From sequence record CP063550.1: 64,000 nucleotides of DNA. One strand, 5' to 3'. Positions 27,536-38,418 of the stretch are shown here, piece by piece. The notes beneath the pieces were generated by a model, which saw only the letters and a list, made by a program, of their open reading frames with translations, had not been told where the DNA came from and made no database searches. Origin of the DNA: a plasmid. Every line of letters starts with the position of its first letter. The stretch's first letter is position 1. The position numbers and the translations under genes were made by a program.

Positions 27536-28344
27536 TGGTAAAAGAAAGTGTTATTGGGAAAAAAGAATTAAGAAGTATATTTTGGCGCTCCTTTTTTATG
27601 CAATCCTCTTGGTCCTTCGATAAAATGATGGCATATGGACAAATGAATGGTATTGAACGTTCCTTACGTAAAATATATCCGAACGATGATGATTATTATA
27701 CAGCGTTGCAGCGCCATACGGAAACATTTAACATTACACCGCATATTGCGCCTTTTGTTATGAGCTTGTCCGTCACCATGGAAGAAGAAAATGCTAAAAA
27801 TCCTGAATTTGATACAGACGCAATTAATAAAATCAAAACAGGATTAATGGGACCTTTATCAGGTATTGGCGATTCATTTTTCTGGGGAACTTTTCGGGTT
27901 ATTGCGGCTGGCATAGGTATTTCTTTTGCTCAACAAGGGAATATTTTAGGCATGATCCTTTATTTTACTTTGTATACTGCCATTCATTTTATTTTTAAAT
28001 GGTTGGCGACAAAATATGGCTATGTTTTAGGAACTAAATTTATTGATGATACAGAAGACAACCATATGATTGACAAATTATCTCATGGTGCTTCGATTTT
28101 AGGTTTAACGGTAATTGGCGCGATGATAGGCACGATGGTTACTTTAAATACGTCACTAAAATTCACGGTTGGTGGAGCTGAAACTTCATTACAAAGTATT
28201 TTTGATCAAATTTTTCCGGGCTTGCTGCCATTAGGAATTACCTTTTTATGCGTCTGGCTTTACTCCAAAGGGCATAAAACGATCACAATTATTCTAGGAA
28301 TTTTTGTTTTATGCTTTTTAGGTACACTTGGCGGAATTTTTTAA
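27535..28344 (+). CDS. PTS mannose-family EIID
   Basis: ManZ-like protein (GPLSGIGDSFFWGT). Confidence 0.85.
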   Translation: MVKESVIGKKELRSIFWRSFFMQSSWSFDKMMAYGQMNGIERSLRKIYPNDDDYYTALQRHTETFNITPHIAPFVMSLSVTMEEENAKNPEFDTDAINKIKTGLMGPLSGIGDSFFWGTFRVIAAGIGISFAQQGNILGMILYFTLYTAIHFIFKWLATKYGYVLGTKFIDDTEDNHMIDKLSHGASILGLTVIGAMIGTMVTLNTSLKFTVGGAETSLQSIFDQIFPGLLPLGITFLCVWLYSKGHKTITIILGIFVLCFLGTLGGIF

Positions 28345-28845
28345 GAAACTTGGAATTATAGAAGTAAATATTTGTTCTTAAGATTTACATTTATTCAACA
28401 GTAAAAAGAACTTGTAAAAGTAACCAACTAAAAAGTAGTTTTGCTTTGATCTTAGAAACAAACAGCAAATAAAGTTTAGGCTTACAAACTGTTTAGAGTA
28501 AGACCAAGCCAAAAGTCGCTAAGATTTGAGCAATTGGAGTAGAAGACAAAACAGACGCTTTTTGTCTGGTTGGCTGTTACGAAATGGCCGAAAATCTGAC
28601 TTTTGACCACCATTTATCCGAACATAGCACCTAGAGATTGCTGCGATCGACGCGCAGCTAGAGTTGCTTTCGACCCACCGTTTATTCGGATTTAGACTCA
28701 CTAAAAGTCTGGGAATTTATTTATGTCTCAGACTCTCCTTATTATTTTTGTGCATTTCTTCTGATGGTGTTAAACCGCGAAGATCACCGAGGTTTGAGGA
28801 TGAATGGACCTGCTCGTGGTTTTTGTCGCTTTAAGGGTTCTGTTG

Positions 28846-29612
28846 CAAAGTTTTAAATAAAGAATAAAATCCCTTACGGTATCTATGATTTAAGCTGGGA
28901 TTCCCAATAATACCTTGATTTCAGTACAGACCGAAAACCCGAAGAGAGTGCCTTCTTTTCGGGTTTTCTTATATAATCCTCGAATGGCTTCCATGCCTTT
29001 AATCGTGGTAGAGGCAGTGCGTAAACTTCGATAGAATTTATTGCGTCTCTTTACTGGACGATGGTCTTGTTCAATCAAATTATTCAGGTATTTAATGGTA
29101 CGATGTTCTGTCCCTTGATAAAAGCCGTATTCTTTTAGTTTCTTAAAGGCACTTGTAATAGAGGGGGCTTTATCTGTGACTACAACCTTCGGTTCATCAA
29201 ACTGCTTCACTAACCGCTTAAGAAAAGCATACGCTGCTTGTGTGTCCCGTTTTTTACGTAACCAAATATCCAAGGTTAAACCATCTGCATCGATGGCTCG
29301 ATACAAATAATGCCATTTTCCATGAATAAAAGGATTTTTTATTTTTCTTTTTCCAAATTTGATAGAGTAGTTTGCCATATTCTTGCACCCAACGATAAAT
29401 CGTCGTATGAGAAACGTTAATGCCACGATCATATAAGATTTCTTGAACTTCACGATAGCTAAGGTTATAACGAAGATAGTAGCCCACGGCTACAATAATC
29501 ACATCCTGCTGAAATTGCTTTCCTTTAAAATGATTCATCGTCATTCCTCCTGCTATCTTTTTCTATTATTCTACCTTATTTGATAGTAGATTTAAAACTT
29601 TGCAACAGAACC
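28846..29612 (-). mobile_element. IS1216-type element, copy 2; the transposase is inactivated by an internal 32-bp deletion
   Basis: Both inverted repeats are present. The transposase is split into ORFs 29254..29544 and 28890..29453. The sequence between the GGAAAATGG direct repeats is missing relative to copy 1. Confidence 0.85.
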
Positions 29613-30100
29613 GTTTAAAGGAAGCGATCGATCAAATCAAGACGGCTGTCTTGTATCCTCATAACGGATTACCGATTTTATTGATGGGTGTAAGCGGTTC
29701 AGGAAAAACCTTTTTGGCAGAAAAAATTTATGAATACGCCAAGGAACAACAGGTGATAGAATCAAATGCTCCATTTATCGCCTATAATTGTGCTCAATAC
29801 TTTAATTTCTCGATTAACAAGATCGTAGAAAATTTAACGATCCTTGATGCAATGAAGGTTTTGAGATTGGTACAAAAGGCCGTCAAAGAACTCGAAAAAC
29901 TAATGGGGATCGAATTTTCAAACAATCAATTGTTCTTGCTTTACATGCACTGCTGCTCAATGATCGAACGTATTTTACGCAAAGAAAGTGTAGATGAACA
30001 AGCAGATATCAAAGAATATATTCAAAAAGAGGGACATAATTATGAAATATCAAAATACCCGGCTTACAAAACGAAGTTTGAAAGTACTGTAATAAAGTAA
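29613..30100 (+). pseudogene. Remnant of a LevR-type sigma-54 activator with an internal deletion of ~620 codons, beginning at the IS1216 end
   Basis: Residues align with the intact regulator at 42071: the AAA+ Walker A segment (GVSGSGKTFLAEKIYEYA) is joined directly to C-terminal PRD-region sequence (IVENLTILD...LFLLYMHCCSMIERI). Confidence 0.7.
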
Positions 30101-30142
30101 GATTTAAATAAGCATAAACAAGGTAAGAACCATAGGGGCTGT

Positions 30143-30840
30143 GTCAAGTCCAAAATCTTGTGTAAAAAGGAAATCTCAAAGTACGATGTTTTGCCTTGTT
30201 GAGCCTAGCTACGGTCCAATATGCTGGTAAGAAGTGTCAAGAGCAAAAAGCGAAGCGTCTCTTGATACTTCTCACCAGTATATTATACTATTGGCGGCTT
30301 AATGTGCTAAATCTCGTTACGATCAAATTCAAGATATTTTCTAGGTGCAGAAGTCCATTCGTCATCCTTTTCCATCAATAAAGCACCGATGATACGAATA
30401 ACAGAATCACAATTTGGGAAAATTCGGACAACACGTTCACGACGGCGTACTTCTTCATTTAGTCTTTCAAGAACATTCGTTGTTCTCAATCGTTGACGGA
30501 TATTTTCTGGTAAAACCATTACTTGCATGGCATCTTCGAAGCCCTCATCCAATATTTTACAGGCAGTTGCGACTTTCTTGTCTTCCCCATATTTATCCAT
30601 AATAAGTTGTTTACGTTCTCCAGCCAGCTCGATGCTTGCCGTTTTGAAGATGGCTTTAAAGTCTTCTTTGATATCGCTTGAGATTTTCTTGGAGAATTTG
30701 TCGGAAATGTTGCGAAGGAGATGTGCTTGGCATCTCTGCTAGCTCGCACAAAGAAGGTATTCTTTCACAGCTTTTGTGAGCCCTATATGCGCATCCGAGA
30801 TGACCATCTTTACTCCTGAAAGACCGCGTTCTTTCAATCC
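30143..30840 (-). mobile_element. 3' fragment of an IS256-family element (same type as 57564..59029), truncated by the downstream IS
   Basis: Inverted-repeat-like GTCAAGTCCAAAATCTTGTGTAAAAAG at 30143. Transposase C-terminal fragments at 30307..30600 and 30519..30749 (frameshifted). Confidence 0.7.
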
Positions 30841-32165
30841 GAGAGTGTAAAATATTTTGTGTAAATAGAAAAAAGGAAGTCCCTTCAGTAGAATAGAGTT
30901 ACCACAACACATTCACAGAAAAGAGGACTTCCATATGAACGATTTTACTACAGAAATTCTAAAGACTCTAGCGAATAAAGGCGATTTGAATGAATTATTC
31001 CGTGTCCATTTGGAAAAAGCTGTCAATACGCTTCTCAAAACGGAGTTAACGGCTTTCCTCGATTACGAAAAGTACGATCGCATTGGTTTTAACACGGGTA
31101 ATTCTCGTAACGGCTCCTATGACCGTACGGTCAAGACCGAGTACGGGGAACTTCATCTCCAGATTCCGCGCGACCGCAACGGCGAGTTCAAGCAACAGAC
31201 TGTTCCTGCTTATAGACGGACGAATGATACCTTAGAGGAGACCGTCATTCACCTCTTCCGAAAAGGTATTACCATGTCGGAAATCGCAGACTTGATTGAG
31301 AAAATGTATGGGCATCACTACACGCCCCAAACCATGTCCAATATGACTAAATCATTTACGGAAGAAGTCACTTCATTTAAGGAACGTGAGCTTCATGACC
31401 GTTATGCCGCTATTTATATGGACGCAACCTATATCCCTTTAAAGCGGAAAACCGTCGCCAAGGAAGCCATTCATATCGCAGTTGGCATTCGCCCGGACGG
31501 TTCAAAGGAAGTGTTGAGCTATGCGATTGCACCAACTGAATCTATCACGATTTGGGAAGAGATTTTAATAGACCTCCAGGAACGTGGCGTGAAAAACGTC
31601 CTCCTTTTCATCACGGATGGCTTAAAGGGGATGGCAGGGGCCGTGCAGCGGTTCTACCCCAAAGCCCGTTTTCAACATTGCTGTGTGCACGTTTCCCGTA
31701 ATATCAGTCACAAAGTGCGTGTCGATGATCGTAAGGAAGTCTGTGATGATTTTAAAATGGTGTATCAAGCGTCATCTAAAAAGGCGGCATTGGAAGCACG
31801 TGGTGCTTTTGCGGAAAAATGGAAAACCAGTTATCCAAAAATGGTGGAATCGATCCTTTCGAACGATTACCTGCTCACTTTCTATGATTTTCCATTAGCC
31901 ATACGCAAGACTATTTACTCTACGAACTTGATTGAATCCTTTAATAAGCAAATCAAGAAATACAGCCACAGAAAAGAGCAGTTTCAAAATGAAGAATCAC
32001 TAGAGCGTTTCCTAGTATCCATCTTTGATACATACAATCAAAAATTCTTAAATAGAAGCCATAAAGGCTTCCAACAAGTGACGGATACATTAGCTTCAAT
32101 GTTTACTGAGTAACCCATTATTTTGCAGAAGGACGAGTTATTTACACAAAATATTTTACGCTATC
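30841..32165 (+). mobile_element. IS256-family element A
   Basis: Terminal inverted repeats GAGAGTGTAAAATATTTTGTGTAAATA (left) and GATAGCGTAAAATATTTTGTGTAAATA (right, reverse complement). 392-aa transposase at 30935..32113. No target duplication. Confidence 0.8.
30935..32113 (+). CDS. IS256-family transposase
   Basis: 392 aa with mutator-type DDE architecture. The N-terminal 135 aa are identical to the copy at 52540. Confidence 0.85.
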   Translation: MNDFTTEILKTLANKGDLNELFRVHLEKAVNTLLKTELTAFLDYEKYDRIGFNTGNSRNGSYDRTVKTEYGELHLQIPRDRNGEFKQQTVPAYRRTNDTLEETVIHLFRKGITMSEIADLIEKMYGHHYTPQTMSNMTKSFTEEVTSFKERELHDRYAAIYMDATYIPLKRKTVAKEAIHIAVGIRPDGSKEVLSYAIAPTESITIWEEILIDLQERGVKNVLLFITDGLKGMAGAVQRFYPKARFQHCCVHVSRNISHKVRVDDRKEVCDDFKMVYQASSKKAALEARGAFAEKWKTSYPKMVESILSNDYLLTFYDFPLAIRKTIYSTNLIESFNKQIKKYSHRKEQFQNEESLERFLVSIFDTYNQKFLNRSHKGFQQVTDTLASMFTE

Positions 32166-32935
32166 TTTGTTTTAAATACTCTTCTACATCAAACAAGTTT
32201 TTCTTATCATAATCTTCCAACAATTTGTAATTCTTATGCTTTGTAATATCAAATTTATCAGATAGAAAAGGTCTTGCTCCTCTTAGCTGGTAAATACACT
32301 TACCACCATCCATTACAGTTATTTCATCTTGACTCATAAGTTCCTTGCCAGTCTTTTGATAATTTAGACCAAAAGATTTTTGATTTGATCTTGTTTCTGA
32401 TGTGTTATATAGGTCTATGGTTTCTTTTCCTAAGGTTTCTGATAATTCTTTTACTGTTGTTTTTTCTTTTCCTCCTAGAAAAAGTGTAGAGTCACAGTTA
32501 CCAACTATTGTATCTGCATGGTCTTTATAAATTGCTTTTAATTGAGATTGTGCTTGCAGTATTATACTTGCCGATATTTCTCTTGAACGAATTGTCGCTA
32601 TTAGTTTTTCAAATTTAGGAATCAAACCGATATTTGCAAACTCATCAAGTAGACACCTAACATGAACTGGAAGTCTTCCACCATACACATCATCTGCCTT
32701 ATCACATAGTAGATTAAATAATTGAGAATACATTATTGAAACTACAAAATTAAATGTATCATCTGTATCTGATATTATTACAAACAAGGCAGTTTTTCTA
32801 TCTCCAATTTTATCGAGTTCTAGTTCATCTTCGCTCATTAGTTCTCTAAGCTCTCTTATATCAAAAGGTGCAAGTCTTGCTCCACAAGATATTAGAATTG
32901 ACTTAGCAGTTTTTCCTGAGACGTGTTGTAAAGGA
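32161..32935 (-). pseudogene. C-terminal fragment of a type IV coupling protein (VirD4/TraG family), 5'-truncated
   Basis: Contains VHVRCLLDEFANIG, a Walker-B-like T4CP motif. The frame stays open upstream to 32935 (…VSGKTAKSILISCGARLAPF…) and then stops. AT-rich. Confidence 0.6.
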
Positions 32936-33055
32936 CTTTTTTATATTTTTTCGATTTTAGGGCAAAAAAGTGAGCAACCGTTTTTCGACTGCTCACTTTC
33001 TTCATTCTCAAACTTTTCAAAGAAACTTTAGATACGCGCTTAAAGGCACGAAATT

Positions 33056-33985
33056 TCAAGGCAGATTATGCAATAGATTTTGAACATCTACATAACGCCT
33101 ACTATCACTCTCTGAACCAAAACTTACAAGTAAATAGTGGTTATCAGAACTAGATGTATAATACACACATAGATTGTATCTCCCATCAAACGATCCAGTT
33201 TTTACACCTTTTACACCTTCAGTAAAGTATCTATTATCTTGTTGCATAAATTGATTCGTAGTATTCCAGTTATAAACATTTCCCTTAATTGATTTTGCTC
33301 TATAAGTTTCCTTGGCAACTATTTCTGCAAATTTATCATTCTTTAGTAGCTTTGCAGCTACTTTTGTCAAATCTTCCGCTGATGTTGTAGCATTGGAGTC
33401 ATAGCCAGCAGCGTCAGTAAAATGAGTATGTTTATAGCCTTGCTCACTTAGATAACGATCTAAGTTTTTCATGAAGCTTTGATAGCGTTCTTCATCATTC
33501 TTTGCATCAGGATCAAGTTTTCCACCTGTATAAATTGCCAAACTATAAGCTGCATCATTTCCTGAGGGTAAGACCATAGCACAGATAATGTCATAAACAG
33601 ATAAAATATCTCCTTCTTGAAGATGTGCAGTAGATGAGTCAGCTTTCTGCATGTCAAGTGCAGTAGGACTAATTGTAATCTGTTCATCTAAACTTAGGAC
33701 ACTAAGCGCATAATCAATCGTAAATAATTTGCTCAATGAGGCGGGTAATTCTTCTTGGTCTTTTTTCATATAGCTATGAATATCCATTGTATCAAGGTTT
33801 ATTATTTCAAATGAAGAACCTAGATATAGATGGTCATAAAAATCTTTGTCAAGAATGCGTTTAATCCTATCATAAACAGCTCTTGCATACGGCCGATTCA
33901 CATAAGAAATAACAACCGCTGTACACATTAGAATCACAATCAAAGACGCTAAAAGAACAAGCCCCCATTTTAAGAATCTTTTCAT
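33056..33985 (-). CDS. Serine-type D-Ala-D-Ala carboxypeptidase (peptidase S11 / low-molecular-weight PBP) with N-terminal membrane anchor
   Basis: SxxK (ASLSKLF), SxN (PSGNDAA) and KTG (VKTGSF) motifs. N-terminal transmembrane segment. Confidence 0.7.
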   Translation of the reverse strand: MKRFLKWGLVLLASLIVILMCTAVVISYVNRPYARAVYDRIKRILDKDFYDHLYLGSSFEIINLDTMDIHSYMKKDQEELPASLSKLFTIDYALSVLSLDEQITISPTALDMQKADSSTAHLQEGDILSVYDIICAMVLPSGNDAAYSLAIYTGGKLDPDAKNDEERYQSFMKNLDRYLSEQGYKHTHFTDAAGYDSNATTSAEDLTKVAAKLLKNDKFAEIVAKETYRAKSIKGNVYNWNTTNQFMQQDNRYFTEGVKGVKTGSFDGRYNLCVYYTSSSDNHYLLVSFGSESDSRRYVDVQNLLHNLP

Positions 33986-34057
33986 ACTTCCTCCTTTCCA
34001 GAGTTGTGTACAAGAATATTCTTTCTCAACTCAAACTCATTATTTTCTATGGAATTA

Positions 34058-34669
34058 TCAGGATAATACTTCAAAAGCAAACCAGAAAGGAAAATACAGT
34101 AAGAATTTTCCGGTAAAACCAATCAATATATAAATATAAGGTTCTAAATAATCTACTGTAGATGACTTGTCCTTCAAGGACACCACTCTACTTAAAACAG
34201 CCCACAGTATAAAGCCTATAACCGCACCAAAGGTATTTGCTATTAAATCATCAATATCTGTTGCTCTTGTAGTTATAATTTGTGAGACTTCAATAATTAG
34301 TGAAAATAGAGCCCCAGCCAAGAAAACAGGAACTATTTTCCTATAACTTTTCCATATGATTGGTAGTAAGAATCCTAAGGGCACACACATTACTATATTT
34401 AATATAAAGCTAATGTTTAGTCCACTGAATGGTACAAGATTAACACTGCCCTGTACTAGAGAAAATTTCCTACCTGTATCAGGTCTATAAAAAATATCTG
34501 TTAGTCCACCTGTACCAGTCAATTCAAAAACTTTCCAACAGTACAGCATAAAAATCAAAATCAGGATATTGTGTTTCAGGGTATTTTTTTTGCAAAAAAA
34601 TACCATATAAATAATACATGGTGCCATTACACATAAAAGGCTATAAAGTGTAGGTAGTATAAAATACAT
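34058..34669 (-). CDS. VanZ-family membrane protein
   Basis: Multi-transmembrane protein with the VanZ-like conserved IEVSQ...D..D...N..GA segment. Confidence 0.65.
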   Translation of the reverse strand: MYFILPTLYSLLCVMAPCIIYMVFFCKKNTLKHNILILIFMLYCWKVFELTGTGGLTDIFYRPDTGRKFSLVQGSVNLVPFSGLNISFILNIVMCVPLGFLLPIIWKSYRKIVPVFLAGALFSLIIEVSQIITTRATDIDDLIANTFGAVIGFILWAVLSRVVSLKDKSSTVDYLEPYIYILIGFTGKFLLYFPFWFAFEVLS

Positions 34670-34772
34670 TTATTTTCCTCCTTCCAATATAAATTAAATT
34701 TTATAACTTCATATAAACTTCAAGCTTCTATTTCTTGTAAAAAAATGCCTATAATACATTTTATTATATCAT

Positions 34773-35813
34773 AACCCGTGGTGCTAGTTAATTTTTTCCT
34801 AGAGGGAAATGTCTAAACATGTTGGTAAATCAACAAAAAAACGCATATAGTAGTCTCAAAACTCCCAAGAAATGAGGACTACATATGCGTTCATCAAAAT
34901 ATACTGAACATTATACAGATACTTTTATAACATTCAAGGAAATTATGAGAACTGTTTCTAACATATACCACAATTGTGTACCAGATAAGATTAAAAACCG
35001 AAGAAATACTGATCAACTGAAGCAACGCGATACAGTGATTATTGCTTGTGTTATATGGGGCATAATTAATGGCTATACTAGCCAAAGAGCCACGTATAGA
35101 GCGGTTTGTTCCGTCTTATTTCCTAATGGTGACTTTCCTAGTAGGAGTCGATTCACTCGCTTAAGTTCAAACTTAGCTTACACTATCAAGATTATTCGAT
35201 ACTTTTTCATCAAGAAGCTCACCAAAGGTGAACTAGTCGGAATTATAGATAGTTTTCCTAGTCCATTATGTAAACCAGTTAGAAATAGACAAGCAAAACT
35301 ATTGAATCAAATAGCCAAAGTTGGCTATAACTCAACAAAAAAATCTTATTTTTATGGTCTTAAAATTCATATGATCGTTACTAAGACTGGCTTTCCGATT
35401 ACTTACTCAATCACGAATCCAGGTGTCCATGACGTGAAAGTGTTAGAGACTTTATCGGAAGAAGCGAATCTTCCCAATATCCTAGGGGACAAAGGATATA
35501 TTAGCCATAAAATCCATGAAAAGCTTGCCCTTAAGGGCATTACTATATCCGTTCCGCCACGTAAAAACATGGATAAATCAGAAAAACTAGACCACAGCTT
35601 ACTTGGAAAACAAAGAAAAACAGTTGAGACTGTTTTTTTTTCCTTAGAAAAATTAGGTTGTCAAAATTTCAACTCACGTTCTGTTAAAGGGCTAGAGAGT
35701 AGATTTGAAAGCATATTACTGGCTTACAGTGTTCTATTAAGTCGAGCACAACGACGTTTTGAAGGAACTTTGAGATATTCTTTAGGATATTAAAATTAAC
35801 TAGCACCACGGGT
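34773..35813 (+). mobile_element. IS982-family element
   Basis: Perfect 22-bp terminal inverted repeats ACCCGTGGTGCTAGTTAATTTT. Transposase 34885..35793 (302 aa, GDKGY motif). Confidence 0.85.
34885..35793 (+). CDS. IS982-family transposase
   Basis: DDE transposase with the ...ILGDKGY... motif. Confidence 0.85.
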   Translation: MRSSKYTEHYTDTFITFKEIMRTVSNIYHNCVPDKIKNRRNTDQLKQRDTVIIACVIWGIINGYTSQRATYRAVCSVLFPNGDFPSRSRFTRLSSNLAYTIKIIRYFFIKKLTKGELVGIIDSFPSPLCKPVRNRQAKLLNQIAKVGYNSTKKSYFYGLKIHMIVTKTGFPITYSITNPGVHDVKVLETLSEEANLPNILGDKGYISHKIHEKLALKGITISVPPRKNMDKSEKLDHSLLGKQRKTVETVFFSLEKLGCQNFNSRSVKGLESRFESILLAYSVLLSRAQRRFEGTLRYSLGY

Positions 35814-35846
35814 AAAATAAATAGTTTTTCTATCAAGTATATTGAA

Positions 35847-36857
35847 CTACGATAAATTTGTTATTTTGTTTTGTTTAATTTCGTTGTACTTATTGGCTTT
35901 GACTTCGATTTCTTTAAATACTGGGTAATCGGTGTCCGGCAAAGCTAGCAAATCTGTTTTTTCTGTGTTCCATAGATCATTGATAATGACATGTTTTTCG
36001 TAATGGATTCGCTCTCGATCGTGTGACAGCTCCACCGCTAATGCCTCGTTGAAACTGGCGAAATCCTTCATAATCGGTGTAGATGAAAAGAAGTTGTACC
36101 GTACATAGCCGACTTTGTTTTCCATACTACCTTTCTCGTTTCCGCTACGTGGATTGCACACCTGTGTCTCAAAACCATAGTGCATAGAAAATCGGAGGAA
36201 ACCGTCAGTCAGCACCGCTTGTTCAGTCTTTGTTTTTGTCTAAGTAACGGCCGTTGACATATTATCAATCCGTATTTTCCGAGGAACGCCACCTGATTGG
36301 CTGAAGAGTTCTTTCATGCCTTCCAACAAACATTCTTGATTCTCGGCGGGGAGTACAACGGCGAATCCTGCATTACTAAAAGGGAAAGTCATCACTAATA
36401 CCTTCACATCTTTAAACGCTCCATCGTGACAAACTTCCATCGTACCAAAATCAAGTTGCGCTTCTGCTGGCGGGTGTTCAAGACGCTCAAAGCCTTGGTC
36501 TTCCAGTGTTTCCAAGTAGTGTGTCGCTTTCCAATCTTGAATGAATACACAGACTGTTCGGTAGGATCCTGGAAAGCCATCGGCTTTTAAAGCAGTAGTC
36601 ATTGCTTCAGCAGTCCTACGCTTTTTATTTGGCAGCTTAGCATCTTCTGAAAGCCATAGGGAAACGATGCCTCCCCACTTTTCTGTATACATCATACCAG
36701 TCTTTTTGCGTGCTTTAGGTTGCGGCAGCAAATCATCATCTGCATATTTTTTAGCCGTGCGCCAATTTACATCTAGCTCCTTTGCAATATGATTAATGGA
36801 TTTATCATGATTATTTCGTAAATTTCTGATAGTATTAATATCGGTCATTGTGAGCAT
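35847..36857 (-). pseudogene. IS21-family istA remnant. It is split into an N-terminal part (36240..36857) and a C-terminal part (35847..36215); istB is absent because the adjacent IS982 lies downstream.
   Basis: N-terminal helix-turn-helix plus DDE start (…QLDFGTMEV…) and an IstA C-domain fragment in a different frame. Confidence 0.65.
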
Positions 36858-37251
36858 ACCTTTCTTACCTCCAGTTACAGTGTCGAGACTATAACTTTAG
36901 AGGAGTTTCAGGTTGCCCGCAATGGCTTTTTATCTTAACTTAATCGATTTGCGGAGTTGTGTAGTTTTTCGTTGCACTTGTATGTACTTTTATTCTGCCA
37001 TAAACAGCTTAATGAATGTCCACTTGAAAAAGTGAATAAACGAAATAGATGACTCGATTTAATAAGGAAGTAAACCCACACAGAAATATAGGTGATTTTC
37101 CTTGAATGACCAAGATATTGAAAGTTAGTGAAAAAACACAAAAAGGTAGCCCTATTCACAGAAGGTCTGCCTTTTGTGTTATCGCCAGCAAACATTAGAG
37201 GGGGTATTTCATATAGCTTTTGTCCTCTCGACAGTCCTATCAGTTTCTCTT

Positions 37252-38094
37252 TTAACTTATCTCTAAGTGCTGTCCAGTTTTAATAGCTTCTAGCTTGTTT
37301 CCTAACTGTGTTTTTAATATGTTGAAGGCTTTTGAACCTGTGCAGTGGCAAGTAAGGATTTTTTCTACTCGTGAGTCATTCAATTTATTTCCAATTTTCA
37401 TTACCTCTTGCTCAGGTAGACCTAAATTATTTATATAAGGTATGCCAATCATATGGAAGCCACCAATTAGGTATTTTATGGGTTTAGTCGGAAATGTTTC
37501 AAGAGCAATTTCCATCATATCGATAATGCCATGATGACTACAGCCAGTAAAGACAATCAGACCGTCTTCTTGCTCAATTACGACCAATAATTCATCTGAA
37601 AAATCATCATAAACAAATTTATCATCCATCTTTTTGTATAAATTCTTGGTGGTCGAGTTTGCTTTGCCTAGGGGGATGATATGGAAGCTCGGAGCAAGTT
37701 CTGTTTTCGTTTTTATTGTATGTAAATTCTCATGCATTTTAAGGATTTCATTTTTAGGAATACCAACATACAGAAACGTGGTTAAAATCTTTAAATAATG
37801 GGGTAAAGTTACACCTTCAGCTGTATAAATAGGGGCGTTTCCTGATTTTAAATATCTTAACCCGCCGGTGTGGTCAGAATGACCGTGTGAAATAATCACT
37901 GCCTCCAGATCATTCAAAGTTTCCCCCATTTTAGTCGCATTATAGACTAATTTTTTATTAGCGCCAGCATCGAAGAGATATTTCTTCCCTGAGTAGTTAA
38001 TTAAGAGAGATAACCCATGTCCACTTTTAAAGTTCAAATTTATTCTTGAGTTTTCAAATAAAACCTTGATTTCCACTATAACATCTCCTTTCAC
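37252..38094 (-). CDS. MBL-fold metallo-hydrolase
   Basis: HxHxDH motif (ISHGHSDHTGG). Confidence 0.75.
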   Translation of the reverse strand: MKGDVIVEIKVLFENSRINLNFKSGHGLSLLINYSGKKYLFDAGANKKLVYNATKMGETLNDLEAVIISHGHSDHTGGLRYLKSGNAPIYTAEGVTLPHYLKILTTFLYVGIPKNEILKMHENLHTIKTKTELAPSFHIIPLGKANSTTKNLYKKMDDKFVYDDFSDELLVVIEQEDGLIVFTGCSHHGIIDMMEIALETFPTKPIKYLIGGFHMIGIPYINNLGLPEQEVMKIGNKLNDSRVEKILTCHCTGSKAFNILKTQLGNKLEAIKTGQHLEIS

Positions 38095-38370
38095 ATGAAC
38101 GTGTATTCATATATTGTAGCACATTAAGTTCTATTTTTTGTTGTAATTACCGAAAAAAATATTAATGGACGCTTTTTACGCTTTATTTCGTATGTGGAAG
38201 AAAATTTCTTAGGATGTGGCGGGGGATTGGGGCAAAGCTAAATTCCAATTACAGTGATCATTTAATTAGACACCTTTAAATACCCACACTTTCATCAACA
38301 CTATAATTTAGGGAAAGAAAAGTGTTGGCATGATATAGAAAAACCTTTAATTAACAGCGTTTCCTAAAAT

Positions 38371-38386
38371 TGGCACGCATCTTGCT
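38371..38386 (+). promoter_or_regulatory. Sigma-54 (-24/-12) promoter TGGCAC-N5-TTGC upstream of the PTS operon
   Basis: TTGGCACGCATCTTGCTT lies 30 bp upstream of EIIA. A LevR-type activator is encoded in the same locus. Confidence 0.7.
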
Positions 38387-38418
38387 TATAGAAAAGCGTA
38401 AGGATAGGAGGAATGAAA

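Noticed and set aside
30841-32165. Target-site duplication for IS256-family element A and for the IS1216 copies
   Set aside because: The flanking 8-mers differ (for example TTCAATCC versus TTTGTTTT). This is consistent with recombination or deletion after insertion, so no duplication is claimed.
33056-33985. Identification as VanY
   Set aside because: VanY is a zinc D,D-carboxypeptidase without SxxK, SxN and KTG motifs. This protein has all three serine-PBP motifs, so it is an S11-type enzyme.
36935-37195. An 86-aa minus-strand ORF
   Set aside because: It lies in an intergenic region with no ribosome-binding site and is probably spurious.
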